The notes: generated by a model not told the origin, from the letters alone. A stretch of DNA of 64,000 bases from Bacteroidia bacterium (GCA_037968415.1 JBBKVM010000078.1:4358-68357); one strand, 5' to 3'; counted from the stretch's first letter, positions 37,681-47,946 are shown. Translations and numbers: made by a program.

Positions 37681-39027
37681 CTAAAAAATGCCGGTATAAT
37701 TATGTGGTGTGATTGCTTTTAGCTCTTTTTTTACTTTGTCATCGACATTCAAACTGTCAATAAATGTGTGCATCGTTTCTTTGTTTATTTCTTTGCCGGT
37801 TCGGGTAAGTTGTTTCAACGCTTCGTAGGGTTGAGGGTATTTTTCGCGTCTCAGTATTGTTTGAATTGCTTCGGCTACCACGGCCCAGTTGTGTTCCAGG
37901 TCGGCTTCAATTTTACTTTGGTTTACAATGAGTTTTTCCAGCCCTTTCATGATGGAGCGCAAGGCGATGAGGGTGTGTGCCATCGGTACGCCTACATTTC
38001 TCATCACCGTAGAATCAGTAAGGTCGCGCTGCAAGCGAGAAATGGGAAGTTTTTCAGATAAGTGCGTGAGCAATGCGTTGGCCAAACCCAGATTGCCTTC
38101 CGCATTTTCAAAATCGATAGGGTTAACTTTGTGGGGCATGGCGGATGAACCTATTTCCCCTTCTTTGATTTTCTGTTTGAAATAATCCATGGCGATGTAG
38201 GACCAAATGTCGCGGCACAAATCTATTAGAATGGTGTTGATGCGCTTCATGCCATCGCAGAAGGCCGCGAAACCATCGTAATGTTCTATTTGTGTGGTGT
38301 ATTTCTGGCGCGAAAGGCCAAGGCCGGTTTGCAGAAAATCATTGGCAAATTGTTCCCAATTTAAGTGTGGGTAAGCCGCATGATGGGCGTTGAAATTACC
38401 AGTGGCACCACCAAATTTGGCGCTGTGGGGGAGGGTTGATAAATGTCGGAATTGTACATCAAGCCGTTCGTGAAACACTTTGAATTCTTTGCCTAGTTTG
38501 GTGGGTGATGCGGGTTGGCCGTGTGTGCGTGCCAGCATGGCTATGTCCATCCATTCATCGGAAAGTTGCGCAAGGCTGGCAACAAGAGTCGCTATTGTTG
38601 GTTTGTAAATTTGCTCAATTGCATCGCGGAACATCATTGGCATAGAAGTGTTGTTGATGTCTTGCGAGGTAAGGCCAAAGTGGACAAACTCAGCCACATC
38701 ATTTAGCCCAATCGCCTCCATTTGTTTCTTCACAAAGTATTCTACCGCCTTCACATCGTGATTGGTAATTTTTTCTGTGTCCTTAATTTCCTGTAGATGT
38801 GCGGCCGAAATTTGATTTGGAATTTCTTGCAGTAGCTTGATTTGCGCAAGGCTCACGTGTGATAGTTGGGGTAATGGCAGACGGCATAAGGCAATGAAGT
38901 ATTCGATTTCTACACGGATACGATAGCGGATGAGCGCCCCTTCAGAAAAGAAGGTTGATAACGGTGCGGTTTGTGAATGATAACGGCCATCTACAGGCGA
39001 AATGGCTGACAACGGGGTTAGTTCCAT
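37681..39027 (-). CDS. purB: Adenylosuccinate lyase
   Basis: SPVDGRY, TNHDVKAVEY, HFGLTSQD, ARTHGQPASP, GSSAMPHKVNPIDFEN and RLQRDLTDS. Confidence 0.95.
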   Translation of the reverse strand: MELTPLSAISPVDGRYHSQTAPLSTFFSEGALIRYRIRVEIEYFIALCRLPLPQLSHVSLAQIKLLQEIPNQISAAHLQEIKDTEKITNHDVKAVEYFVKKQMEAIGLNDVAEFVHFGLTSQDINNTSMPMMFRDAIEQIYKPTIATLVASLAQLSDEWMDIAMLARTHGQPASPTKLGKEFKVFHERLDVQFRHLSTLPHSAKFGGATGNFNAHHAAYPHLNWEQFANDFLQTGLGLSRQKYTTQIEHYDGFAAFCDGMKRINTILIDLCRDIWSYIAMDYFKQKIKEGEIGSSAMPHKVNPIDFENAEGNLGLANALLTHLSEKLPISRLQRDLTDSTVMRNVGVPMAHTLIALRSIMKGLEKLIVNQSKIEADLEHNWAVVAEAIQTILRREKYPQPYEALKQLTRTGKEINKETMHTFIDSLNVDDKVKKELKAITPHNYTGIF

Positions 39028-39146
39028 AAGTAATTTGATAATTTGCGAAGATACGCTTTAGAATGGTTTTGTGTGAAGAAGTCTAATTGAATCGGGAGGG
39101 TTATGCGCTGTAAATCAACATGATGTACCTGAAAACGGTGCGCGGT

Positions 39147-39154
39147 TAAATTTG
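39147..39154 (+). promoter_or_regulatory. -7 element (TAAATTTG) for the tetR-efflux operon
   Basis: Exact TAnnTTTG in the purB/tetR divergent gap. Confidence 0.5.
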
Positions 39155-39173
39155 TTGACAATATTTTCCCTTC

Positions 39174-39201
39174 GGAAACTTTGTAATCGCTTAAAGTTTC
39201 C
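39174..39201. promoter_or_regulatory. Candidate TetR operator GGAAACTTT-N10-AAAGTTTCC
   Basis: Perfect 9-bp inverted repeat between the promoter element and the tetR start codon. Confidence 0.6.
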
Positions 39202-39238
39202 ATAGTTTTGATGCCCGTTCAAAAATCGAGTTAAATCA

Positions 39239-39844
39239 TTGGAAACAGATAGTCGGATATTATTAGGTTCTCAGGAGTTATTCTATCGTTATGGCATACG
39301 AAGTGTAACCATGGATGATATAGCCAAGCATTTGGCTATATCTAAAAAAACAATTTATCGTCATTTCGGTGACAAGAATGAATTGGTGATGGAACTTACT
39401 GAAATGGACATTGTGGCGCATCGCAATAAGTTTGACCATGTGGCTAAAGACAGTAAGCATGCTATCGATGAGATGTTCAGAATGATGCAGGATATGTCGG
39501 AGATGTTTGGAAAGATGAATGTCAATTTGTTTTATGACCTGCAAAAATATCATCCCAAGGCATGGGATCGATTCAGAGATTTTAAGAATAAGTCTATCTT
39601 GAAAATGGTGGAGACCAACCTGATAAGGGGAATCGAAGAAGGACTTTATAGAAAAGCTTTGAATGTGAAAGTGATGGCGCGTATGCGTATTGAAGTAGTG
39701 GAAATGGCCTTTAATCCCCAAATATTTCCGCCATCCAAAAACAGTATTTCTATAGTTCAAATGGCCATGCTAGAGCATTTTCTTTATGGAATAATTTCGC
39801 AGAAAGGATATGGCGTTTTGAATAAATTAATGACGAAAAAGTAA
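39239..39844 (+). CDS. TetR/AcrR family transcriptional regulator
   Basis: ELFYRYGIRSVTMDDIAKHLAISKKTIYRHFGDK helix-turn-helix; TTG start. Confidence 0.92.
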   Translation: METDSRILLGSQELFYRYGIRSVTMDDIAKHLAISKKTIYRHFGDKNELVMELTEMDIVAHRNKFDHVAKDSKHAIDEMFRMMQDMSEMFGKMNVNLFYDLQKYHPKAWDRFRDFKNKSILKMVETNLIRGIEEGLYRKALNVKVMARMRIEVVEMAFNPQIFPPSKNSISIVQMAMLEHFLYGIISQKGYGVLNKLMTKK

Positions 39845-39861
39845 ATACCACATAGATTATT

Positions 39862-41214
39862 ATGAACGCAAAAAAGTTATTGATCAGTTGTTTTTTAGCC
39901 ACCACCGTGAGCGGTGTAGTATGTGCGCAAGAAACCGTTGGCGAGACGCATTCATTTACACTTAAACAAGCGGTAGATTACGCCTATCAGCACGAGGTGA
40001 ATGTGAAGAATGCATCCATTGATGAACAAATTGCAAAGCACCGTGTGAGGGAAACTATCTCAATGGGGTTACCACAAATCAATGGCTCTGCTCAAATCAC
40101 AGATTATTTGGACTTACCCACTTCGTTGATACCGGGTGAGTTTTTTGATGAGCCTGCAGGAACTTTTATTCCGGTTAAATTTGGCACCAAATACAATGCC
40201 ACCGTAGGTCTTGAGTTATCACAGTTGATTTTTAATTCTGATTTTCTGGTGGGCCTAAAAGCAAGTCGAACTTACCAGGAGCTAATGAGCAAGCAGCGAG
40301 ACCGGGCTCGTGTGGAGGTGTCAGAGAAAGTGGCTAAGGCATACTACGGTGTGTTGATTGCTGAACAACGCCAGAAGCTCATTGATAATAATGTACAACG
40401 GTTGTCCAAATTGCTGAATGATACCAAAGCCATGTATCAGAATGGTTTTATTGAATTGGTAGACCTCAATCGTGTGATTGTAGCTTTTAATAACATGGAA
40501 TCTGAGCAGAAAAAAGTAGAGCGATTAATACCGCTTTCGGTTTCTATGTTGAAGTTTCAAATGGGAATGCCACAAAAAGATGATTTAGTGTTGACAGACA
40601 AACTTGACAGCATCAATTTTGCTTCTGCACTTGAAGCCCAGAAAATGGACCCTCAGAAAAGGGTTGAGTATTCAATATTGCAAACCGAGAAGCAGCTCGC
40701 ATCGCTCGATGTGAAGCGTAATCAGCTCAAGATTTTACCTTCAGTAGGTGCCTTTGCAAGTTATCAGTCGCAGGCGCAGCGCGATGAGTTTGATTTCTTT
40801 GAATCCGACAAAGAGTGGTTTCCAATCAGTTTGATAGGACTCCGCGTGTCTGTGCCCATATTTACCGGCATGCAACGCACACAAAAATTGCAGCAAGCCA
40901 AATTGGTGGTTACCAAAGTGGAGAACGGATTGGAGAATCTGGAGCAAGGTATTGATGTGCAATATCAGACCGCTAAGGTCAATATGTTAAATAGTATTGA
41001 ATCATTGGAAATTCAAAAGAAGAATATGGAACTCGCAGAGGAGGTATTTAGAATTTCGAAAATAAAATACGAACAAGGAATTGGTTCTAATCTTGAGGTG
41101 ATCAATGCCGAATCAGCCTTGAAAGAATCACAGACCAATTACTTTGGTGCTTTGTACGATGCACTTGTAAGCAAAGTAGATTTGGAAATTGCCACCGGAA
41201 CTTTTATAAAATAA
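39862..41214 (+). CDS. TolC family outer membrane efflux protein
   Basis: Signal peptide; LKQAVDYA, LPQING, GLELSQLIF, VPIFTG and YEQGIGSNLEV. Confidence 0.88.
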   Translation: MNAKKLLISCFLATTVSGVVCAQETVGETHSFTLKQAVDYAYQHEVNVKNASIDEQIAKHRVRETISMGLPQINGSAQITDYLDLPTSLIPGEFFDEPAGTFIPVKFGTKYNATVGLELSQLIFNSDFLVGLKASRTYQELMSKQRDRARVEVSEKVAKAYYGVLIAEQRQKLIDNNVQRLSKLLNDTKAMYQNGFIELVDLNRVIVAFNNMESEQKKVERLIPLSVSMLKFQMGMPQKDDLVLTDKLDSINFASALEAQKMDPQKRVEYSILQTEKQLASLDVKRNQLKILPSVGAFASYQSQAQRDEFDFFESDKEWFPISLIGLRVSVPIFTGMQRTQKLQQAKLVVTKVENGLENLEQGIDVQYQTAKVNMLNSIESLEIQKKNMELAEEVFRISKIKYEQGIGSNLEVINAESALKESQTNYFGALYDALVSKVDLEIATGTFIK

Positions 41215-41238
41215 ACTGAACCACACAAATATACAATC

Positions 41239-42351
41239 ATGAGGATACATTTAATTACAATTGCGATACTTGGGCTCATAGTAGCCTGCGGGCCGTCTGA
41301 CAAGAAAAGCGAACTGGAAAGTTTGAAGAAAGAATATGGAAGCATGGGCGAGAAGATTGCTAAGCTTGAGAAAGAGTTAGCAATGAGTGATACAACTGCC
41401 GGTGCGTTGAAGGCTAAACAAATTGTTGCCACTGAAGTGCAGTTGGGCACCTATCGACACTATCTTGAAGTACAAGGGAAGGTAGATGCAGAATCAAATG
41501 TTGATTTGAGTTCGCAAACCGGTGGGTTACTATTGAAAGTTTTTGTGCAGGAAGGCTCACGCGTTTCAAAAGGGCAATTGCTTGCTGAGACAGATAATTT
41601 GGTTTTGAAGCAGCAAGTGGATGAGGCACAAAGTTCATATCAACTTGCAAAGACATTGTTTGATCGTCAGAAAAACTTGTGGGATCAGAAGATTGGCAGC
41701 GAAGTTCAGTTCTTAACAGCCCGTACCAATAAGCAGTCTGCTGAAAAACGCGTAGCTGCCATGACCCAGCAGTTGGAAATGTCACGCATTAAGTCGCCCA
41801 TAAACGGAACCGTAGACAGGGTATATGTAAAAGAAGGTAATACTTTGATTCCAGGCCGACCTGCATTTAGGGTGGTGAATTTTTCAAACCTTAAGATTAT
41901 TGCTTCAGTGCCTGAAACGTATGCATCCAAATTGAGCGTCAAAGATTCTGTTGAGTTATACTTCCCTGATACAAAGAAGACCGTGTACTCACGAGTTAGT
42001 TTTGTGGCTAGGGTGATCGATCCCATCAATAGAACTTTTGATGTAGAGGTGTCGCTGCCGGCTTCAGTTGGTGCGCTAAATCCCAATATGGTTTCGCTTG
42101 TGAAGATTATAGACATGCAAGTAGATTCTGCCATTGTGGTTCCGATTAATGCCATTCAGAAAAGTAATCAGGAATCCTATGTGTTTATAGTCGAGCAGGA
42201 GGGGAACAATCAAGTGGCACGGAAGCGAAATGTATTGGTTGGTTCTACTTATAACGGAAACGCACTTATCACCGAAGGTTTGAAAGCGGGTGATAAACTC
42301 ATCACTGTTGGTCATCAATCACTCACCAACAACATGCCTGTCAAATTATAA
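41239..42351 (+). CDS. RND periplasmic adaptor (MFP) lipoprotein
   Basis: Lipobox IVAC; GGLLLKVFVQEGSRVSKGQLL, IKSPINGTV, IDPINRTF and GLKAGDKLI. Confidence 0.9.
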   Translation: MRIHLITIAILGLIVACGPSDKKSELESLKKEYGSMGEKIAKLEKELAMSDTTAGALKAKQIVATEVQLGTYRHYLEVQGKVDAESNVDLSSQTGGLLLKVFVQEGSRVSKGQLLAETDNLVLKQQVDEAQSSYQLAKTLFDRQKNLWDQKIGSEVQFLTARTNKQSAEKRVAAMTQQLEMSRIKSPINGTVDRVYVKEGNTLIPGRPAFRVVNFSNLKIIASVPETYASKLSVKDSVELYFPDTKKTVYSRVSFVARVIDPINRTFDVEVSLPASVGALNPNMVSLVKIIDMQVDSAIVVPINAIQKSNQESYVFIVEQEGNNQVARKRNVLVGSTYNGNALITEGLKAGDKLITVGHQSLTNNMPVKL

Positions 42352-42375
42352 AATCATTAGCATCCAAAAGCTGAT

Positions 42376-45300
42376 ATGAAACAAATATTCAAAGAATTCA
42401 AACCTACATCATGGGCGGTAAGCAATAAGACATCAGTTTATTTGCTTACTGTCATCATCACTTTTTTCGGGTTGTCAGCATACAATTCGTTGCCGAAAGA
42501 GAGTTTTCCTGAAATAGTGATTCCCACAATTTATGTGAGCACAGTTTATCCCGGCACAGCCCCTGCTGATATGGAAAACCTTGTAACACGGCCGATGGAG
42601 AAAGAGATAAAATCGGTTTCGGGAGTGAAGAAAATTACCAGCAATTCCATTCAGGATTTCAGTAATGTGATGGTAGAGTTTAATACTGATGTGGATGTGG
42701 CTGTGGCCAAGCAGAAAGTAAAAGATGCGGTAGATAAGGCTCGGCAAGATCTGCCATCTGATTTGCCAAACGAGCCAACAGTAATGGAAGTTGATTTCTC
42801 CGAAATTCCAATTATGCTCATCAACCTTTCGGGAGATTTTGATCTGGACAAGTTGAAGGAGTATGCGGAAGATTTGAAAGATAAAATTGAAACGCAGAAA
42901 GAAGTAACTCGTGTAGATATCGTAGGTGCATTGGAGCGGGAGATTCAAGTAAATGTGGACATGTACAAGATGGAAGCGTCCACTATTTCGTTGCAGGATA
43001 TTGAAAACGCCATTAAGTATGAAAACATGACAATAGCCGGTGGTTCGGTCGATATGGGTAGCATGAAACGTTCGGTACGTGTGGTGGGCGAGTTCAGCGA
43101 TGTGGATCAAATACGGGATATCATAGTGAAGTCGGGCGAAGGCGCCAACATTTATTTGAAAGACATAGCTGATGTGGTAGATGGATACAAAGAGCGCGAA
43201 AGCTATGCGCGACTCAATAAACAAAATGTAATAACACTGAATGTCATTAAGCGAAGTGGTGAGAACCTGATTACAGCTAGCGACAAGATTAATGATTTGA
43301 TTGATGTGATGAAGGAAGATAAGTTTCCTTCCGATTTGAATATTACGATAATGGGTGATCAATCGAAGCAAACCCGCCACACGCTTAAAGAACTCATCAA
43401 CACCATCATCATTGGTTTTATTTTGGTGACCATAGTACTTATGTTTTTCATGGGTGCCACCAACGCATTATTTGTAGGCTTGTCTGTGCCAATTTCTTCG
43501 CTTATCGCATTCATGGTGATGCCCAGCCTTGATATGACATTGAATATGATCGTGTTGTTTTCATTTTTGTTTGCTTTGGGTATTGTGGTGGATGATGCCA
43601 TCGTAGTGATTGAGAATACCTACCGACTATTTGATGGAGGCAAAACGGATATCCGCACAGCGGCCAAGCGCGCGGCCGGAGAAATATTTGTCCCTGTTTT
43701 TGCCGGCACACTTACTACTCTCGCACCGTTTTTTCCACTCTTATTTTGGCCGGGTGTGGTGGGCAAGTTTATGCAGTTTCTGCCCATGACACTTATTGTC
43801 ACACTCATTGCGTCTTTGGTTGTGGCGTTCATAATCAACCCCATATTTGCGGTGTCGTTCATGAAGCGCGATCAGGATTCTGAGCGCAAAGGCTACCGTG
43901 GGCAAATAATCATCACTGTTGTTTTATTGGCACTGGCAGTTATTTTTTATCTGTTCAAATCTAACGGCATGGCCAACCTTTCAATATTCTTTGTGATGTT
44001 GATATGGTTGAACAAGTTGGTATTGAAAAAGTTAGTTGTGGGATTTGAGAACAAAGTACTGCCCGCAATCATGAACACTTATGAGCGGTTTTTACGCTTC
44101 GCGTTAAAAGGGTTGAGACCTTATGCCATGCTGTTTGCAACGTTTGTGTTGTTGATTATATCATTTGTCACGTTTGCAATTTTAAGCCCACCTGTGGTTT
44201 TCTTTCCCAAGAGCGACCCCAATTATGTTTATGCATATTTGAGTTTGCCCATCGGCACCAATGTGGCCGTTACAGATTCTGTCACCCAAGAAGTGGAGAA
44301 GAGAATATATAATGTGCTAGGCGATAATAACAAGATTGTTGATGCTGTAGTTTCTAATGTGGCAATAGGGGCTGGAGACCCCATGGAGAATGACCGGAGT
44401 GTGGCACCACATAAGGGGAAAGTGACAGTCGCCTTTGTGGAATTTGCCGATCGTGATGGTGAATCCACTGTTGATTATATGGATAGAATTAGGGAAGCAG
44501 TAAAAGATATACCCGGAGCGGAAATTTCGGTGGATCAGGAGCAAGGAGGGCCACCCACGGGCAAGCCCATTAACATTGAAGTGTCGGGAGATAAGTTTGA
44601 AGACCTTATTGAGATCAGTAGTTCATTAAAGAAGTACCTAGACTCACTGCAAATACCCGGAGTTGAAGAATTAAAATCAGACTTGCAAGACAACAAACCC
44701 GAAGTGATTGTAAATATTGACCGTGAGCGCGCCTCTCGTGAGGGCCTGAGCACGGCACAGATTGGATCCGCGCTTCGCAATGCAGTTTTTGGTAAGGAAG
44801 TTTCAAAGTACCGTGTTGCCGAAGACCAGTACCCAATACAGTTGCGTTATGGTTACGACCAGCGAAACAATATTGATGCATTGCTGAATACACGAATCAC
44901 TTTCCGTGATATGGCGGCTGGAGGTATGATTCGTCAGATTCCTATTTCTGCAGTTGCTTCAGTTGAATACGTTAACTCATATGGGGGCATAAATCGCAAA
45001 AATCTAAAGAGGGTGGTCACCATTTCTTCTAATGTATTGACCGGTTACACACCCAACGATGTGGTAGCACAATTGCAAGCTGCTATCAAAACATTTCCTG
45101 TGAAAGATGGATATGAGGTGGGATTTACTGGTGAATCCGAAGATCAGCAAGAGTCCATGAATTTTCTGATGACGGCATTGATTATTTCAATGGGACTTAT
45201 ATTTCTGATTCTGGTAACCCAGTTTAATTCGATTTCAAAGCCGCTTATTATCATTGTAGAAATTCTGTTCAGTGTGATTGGCGTATTGCTTGGGTTTTCG

Positions 45301-45789
45301 ATTTTCGGTATGGAGATTTCGATTGTGATGACGGGTATTGGCATAGTAGCGCTGGCAGGTATTGTGGTAAAAAATGGAATATTATTGGTGGAATTTTCTG
45401 ATGAGTTGATAGAGCGCGGTGATAAAACCCGCAACGCAATAATAAATGCGGGCAAGATCAGAATGAAGCCAGTATTGCTTACTGCGCTTAGTACCATGCT
45501 TGGATTGCTGCCGTTGGCGGTAGGTTTTAATATTAACTTTAGCACACTGTTCTCCGATCTCGATCCACAGATTTATTTCGGTGGTGACAGCGTGGCGTTT
45601 TGGAAACCGTTGAGTTGGACTATCATTTTTGGACTTAGTTTCGCAACTTTCCTCACTTTAATACTTGTACCTTGTATGTACCTGATTGCACACAGCTTAA
45701 AAGTGAAGTTTAAACGCGGTGCTTTCAGAAGATCGCTTAATGGCTCAACGCATGCAGCAAATCTGAACGCCCCAGCGATACACAATTAA
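42376..45789 (+). CDS. RND efflux permease, AcrB/AcrD/AcrF family
   Basis: FPEI, GIVVDDAIVV (proton-relay Asp pair), VVKNGILLV (Lys), RMKPVLLT (Arg); two periplasmic domains. Confidence 0.93.
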   Translation: MKQIFKEFKPTSWAVSNKTSVYLLTVIITFFGLSAYNSLPKESFPEIVIPTIYVSTVYPGTAPADMENLVTRPMEKEIKSVSGVKKITSNSIQDFSNVMVEFNTDVDVAVAKQKVKDAVDKARQDLPSDLPNEPTVMEVDFSEIPIMLINLSGDFDLDKLKEYAEDLKDKIETQKEVTRVDIVGALEREIQVNVDMYKMEASTISLQDIENAIKYENMTIAGGSVDMGSMKRSVRVVGEFSDVDQIRDIIVKSGEGANIYLKDIADVVDGYKERESYARLNKQNVITLNVIKRSGENLITASDKINDLIDVMKEDKFPSDLNITIMGDQSKQTRHTLKELINTIIIGFILVTIVLMFFMGATNALFVGLSVPISSLIAFMVMPSLDMTLNMIVLFSFLFALGIVVDDAIVVIENTYRLFDGGKTDIRTAAKRAAGEIFVPVFAGTLTTLAPFFPLLFWPGVVGKFMQFLPMTLIVTLIASLVVAFIINPIFAVSFMKRDQDSERKGYRGQIIITVVLLALAVIFYLFKSNGMANLSIFFVMLIWLNKLVLKKLVVGFENKVLPAIMNTYERFLRFALKGLRPYAMLFATFVLLIISFVTFAILSPPVVFFPKSDPNYVYAYLSLPIGTNVAVTDSVTQEVEKRIYNVLGDNNKIVDAVVSNVAIGAGDPMENDRSVAPHKGKVTVAFVEFADRDGESTVDYMDRIREAVKDIPGAEISVDQEQGGPPTGKPINIEVSGDKFEDLIEISSSLKKYLDSLQIPGVEELKSDLQDNKPEVIVNIDRERASREGLSTAQIGSALRNAVFGKEVSKYRVAEDQYPIQLRYGYDQRNNIDALLNTRITFRDMAAGGMIRQIPISAVASVEYVNSYGGINRKNLKRVVTISSNVLTGYTPNDVVAQLQAAIKTFPVKDGYEVGFTGESEDQQESMNFLMTALIISMGLIFLILVTQFNSISKPLIIIVEILFSVIGVLLGFSIFGMEISIVMTGIGIVALAGIVVKNGILLVEFSDELIERGDKTRNAIINAGKIRMKPVLLTALSTMLGLLPLAVGFNINFSTLFSDLDPQIYFGGDSVAFWKPLSWTIIFGLSFATFLTLILVPCMYLIAHSLKVKFKRGAFRRSLNGSTHAANLNAPAIHN

Positions 45790-45793
45790 ACGG

Positions 45794-46558
45794 ATGAGTA
45801 AGGTAAAGTTAGCGGCAGTTTCATATCTCAATACGCGGCCATTTTTGTATGGATTGCGTCATAGCGAAATTATTGACCAGATAGAGCTCTCGTTAGAAAT
45901 GCCATCACAGTGCGCCACGCAGTTGTTGAATGATAAGGTGGATGGAGCATTGGTGCCCGTAGCAGTGTTGCTTGAAGATTCTGAGTTAAAAATATTTTCT
46001 GATTACTGCATTGGTTCTAACGGAGATGTGGGTAGCGTAAAACTATACAGTCAGGTTCCGCTGGCTGAACTAAAAAAGGTGTTTCTTGATTATCAATCAC
46101 AAACGTCTGTTTTATTAGCACAAGTTTTAGCCACACACTATTGGGATATACAGCCTGAATGGGTTACCGGATTACCTGGTTTTGAGAATCATATTGAAGG
46201 GACAACAGGTGGGGTAGTGATAGGCGACCGGACCTTTGATCTGGAAGAGAAGTTTAAGTATCGGTATGATTTGTCTTCTGAATGGAAGCGATTTTCGGGA
46301 ATGCCATTTGTTTTTGCTGTGTGGGCCGCGCGCAAGCCTCTCCCGACTGAATTTGTGGCATCATTCAATGGTGCGCTGGATTTGGGGTTGCGTAACATGG
46401 CTGAAGTGAAAAAGAAAGTCAACAGTGAGACTGGCCGCGATATGGATTTTTATTTTGAAAGTAATCTTTCTTACCAGTTTGATGCTGAAAAGAAAAAAGC
46501 GTTGGACCATTTTTTGGCATTGGCCGGTGCGATAAGAAAAGAAAACGTAAGCACATAA
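45794..46558 (+). CDS. mqnA: Chorismate dehydratase MqnA-like (futalosine menaquinone pathway)
   Basis: VSYLNTRPF, PSQCA, GDVGSVKL, QSQTSVLL, VVIGDRT, DLSSEWK and MPFVFAVW. Confidence 0.85.
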   Translation: MSKVKLAAVSYLNTRPFLYGLRHSEIIDQIELSLEMPSQCATQLLNDKVDGALVPVAVLLEDSELKIFSDYCIGSNGDVGSVKLYSQVPLAELKKVFLDYQSQTSVLLAQVLATHYWDIQPEWVTGLPGFENHIEGTTGGVVIGDRTFDLEEKFKYRYDLSSEWKRFSGMPFVFAVWAARKPLPTEFVASFNGALDLGLRNMAEVKKKVNSETGRDMDFYFESNLSYQFDAEKKKALDHFLALAGAIRKENVST

Positions 46559-46576
46559 ATATAATTCTATATGCGC

Positions 46577-47356
46577 TCAAGCTTGCGCTCGCACTCTGTT
46601 CCAATAGAAATAACTACTGGCCAAAGGATTGGTCTTAAAGTTTTCTAATTCGTCCATTGCATTATTAAATTGCCAGTTCGTCAATAGTCTTGCATCAATA
46701 AGTTGTTGATGAGCACCGCGCAAGTTGCCTGCTATGTTTTCTATCCAGTCAGTAAAGGCGCCTTCGCCCGCATAATGAACTTGTGGTGCTATGCTGCATT
46801 TTATTTTTTTGAATCCTGTTGTCAATAAATAACTGTACAGTTTTTTGCCTATTAGCGCATCGCCACCCATTTGCTCCTGTAGCTTCACAAATTTTTGCCA
46901 CGCTTTTTCAAATGACTTACACGTAGGAAAAAGCTCAAGTTTCAAAATGTCATTTTCCTGAATAAAAATGTGCGCATTTGTTTTCATCACGCGCCTGGCT
47001 TCGGTGAGCGCGCATAAAGGTTTGTCCACGTGCTCGAAAATAAAACGTCCGTAAACGGCATCAAATTTATTGGCAGCAAAGGGAAGGTTGGTGATATTGC
47101 CCGGTACAAAACTTACGTGCGGGGCGTTTTTGCGCGCAGTTTTAATTTGTGTTTTCGAAATCTCTACTCCCGTTATTTTACATTCAGGATATCGGGTGCT
47201 CATGGCGTGCCCCAATAATCCGGTGCCACTTCCCAGTTCAAGAACCTGGTGGCTTTCTGAAAGATCGGCAAAGCGAACGAAGGCAGGGTTTACTAATTTG
47301 TTAAGTAAGGAAAGTCTTATCTGTTCAGTGGAGTCGGTGCCATGTATGTAAGTCAT
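46577..47356 (-). CDS. Class I SAM-dependent methyltransferase
   Basis: YIHGTDSTEQIRL N-terminus, VLELGSGTG motif I, GVEIS, LPFAANKFDAVY. Confidence 0.85.
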   Translation of the reverse strand: MTYIHGTDSTEQIRLSLLNKLVNPAFVRFADLSESHQVLELGSGTGLLGHAMSTRYPECKITGVEISKTQIKTARKNAPHVSFVPGNITNLPFAANKFDAVYGRFIFEHVDKPLCALTEARRVMKTNAHIFIQENDILKLELFPTCKSFEKAWQKFVKLQEQMGGDALIGKKLYSYLLTTGFKKIKCSIAPQVHYAGEGAFTDWIENIAGNLRGAHQQLIDARLLTNWQFNNAMDELENFKTNPLASSYFYWNRVRAQA

Positions 47357-47423
47357 TACCGCTTTGAATTAAATAAAAAAAAAGAGTGTGAGTGCAAATG
47401 GAATTCAGGAGCAAGGAATTCAA

Positions 47424-47900
47424 TCAGTCTACTATTTGTTTCAAGTGGTATTCCATATGATCGATATAGTCATGCGCCAGCCAATGAAGCGTATGTTGTG
47501 ATTGCTTTGTGAAGCACACTTTTTCGCCTTGCGCATCTGGTATATTCGCTAGTATGTTTGTGATTTGATCATTAAGTGATTTCCAAAGTGCGATCACATC
47601 ATCCTTCTCGCGGTAATCATAATAATTGAGATTTACCCATGCATCCTGATCATAAGAAATTTCCGGCTGGTGTTGATATTGCCCGCGCACAAAGCGGTGT
47701 ATATTATTGAATGCGCTGTCGCACAGATGGCCAAGTATTTCTTTGTTACTCCACTTATCTTCCAGCGGTTTGTGGGAGAAGCCAGGTTCTTTGGCGTTCG
47801 TTAATTTCAAATGGTAGTTCGCCACACTTACTTTCAAACGTGACACGATTTCTTGAAATGTGATGTCGGGGTTGTAGTCGGTTGAATATTCCATAGTCAT
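47424..47900 (-). CDS. DinB family protein
   Basis: KWSNKEILGHLCDSA, YDQDAWV and DYIDHMEYHLKQI metal-binding His pattern. Confidence 0.82.
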   Translation of the reverse strand: MTMEYSTDYNPDITFQEIVSRLKVSVANYHLKLTNAKEPGFSHKPLEDKWSNKEILGHLCDSAFNNIHRFVRGQYQHQPEISYDQDAWVNLNYYDYREKDDVIALWKSLNDQITNILANIPDAQGEKVCFTKQSQHTLHWLAHDYIDHMEYHLKQIVD

Positions 47901-47934
47901 CTAAAGTACTCTTTGGAGGTTATTTTTCAAAACA

Positions 47935-47946
47935 TGACAAATGTCA
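47935..47946. promoter_or_regulatory. Palindrome TGACA-AA-TGTCA upstream of the ba3 oxidase operon
   Basis: Perfect 5-2-5 palindrome with imperfect AAAC/GTTT flanks, about 25 nt upstream of a -7-like TAACATTG (47970-47977). Confidence 0.5.

Noticed and set aside
42475-43380. 301-aa minus-strand ORF, plus many other 60-170-aa ORFs antisense to or in alternate frames of real genes (e.g. 1815-2222, 3835-4338, 24228-24767, 51039-51488)
   Set aside because: They lie wholly over well-supported genes, show no family motifs and have shadow-ORF composition caused by codon bias on the coding strand.
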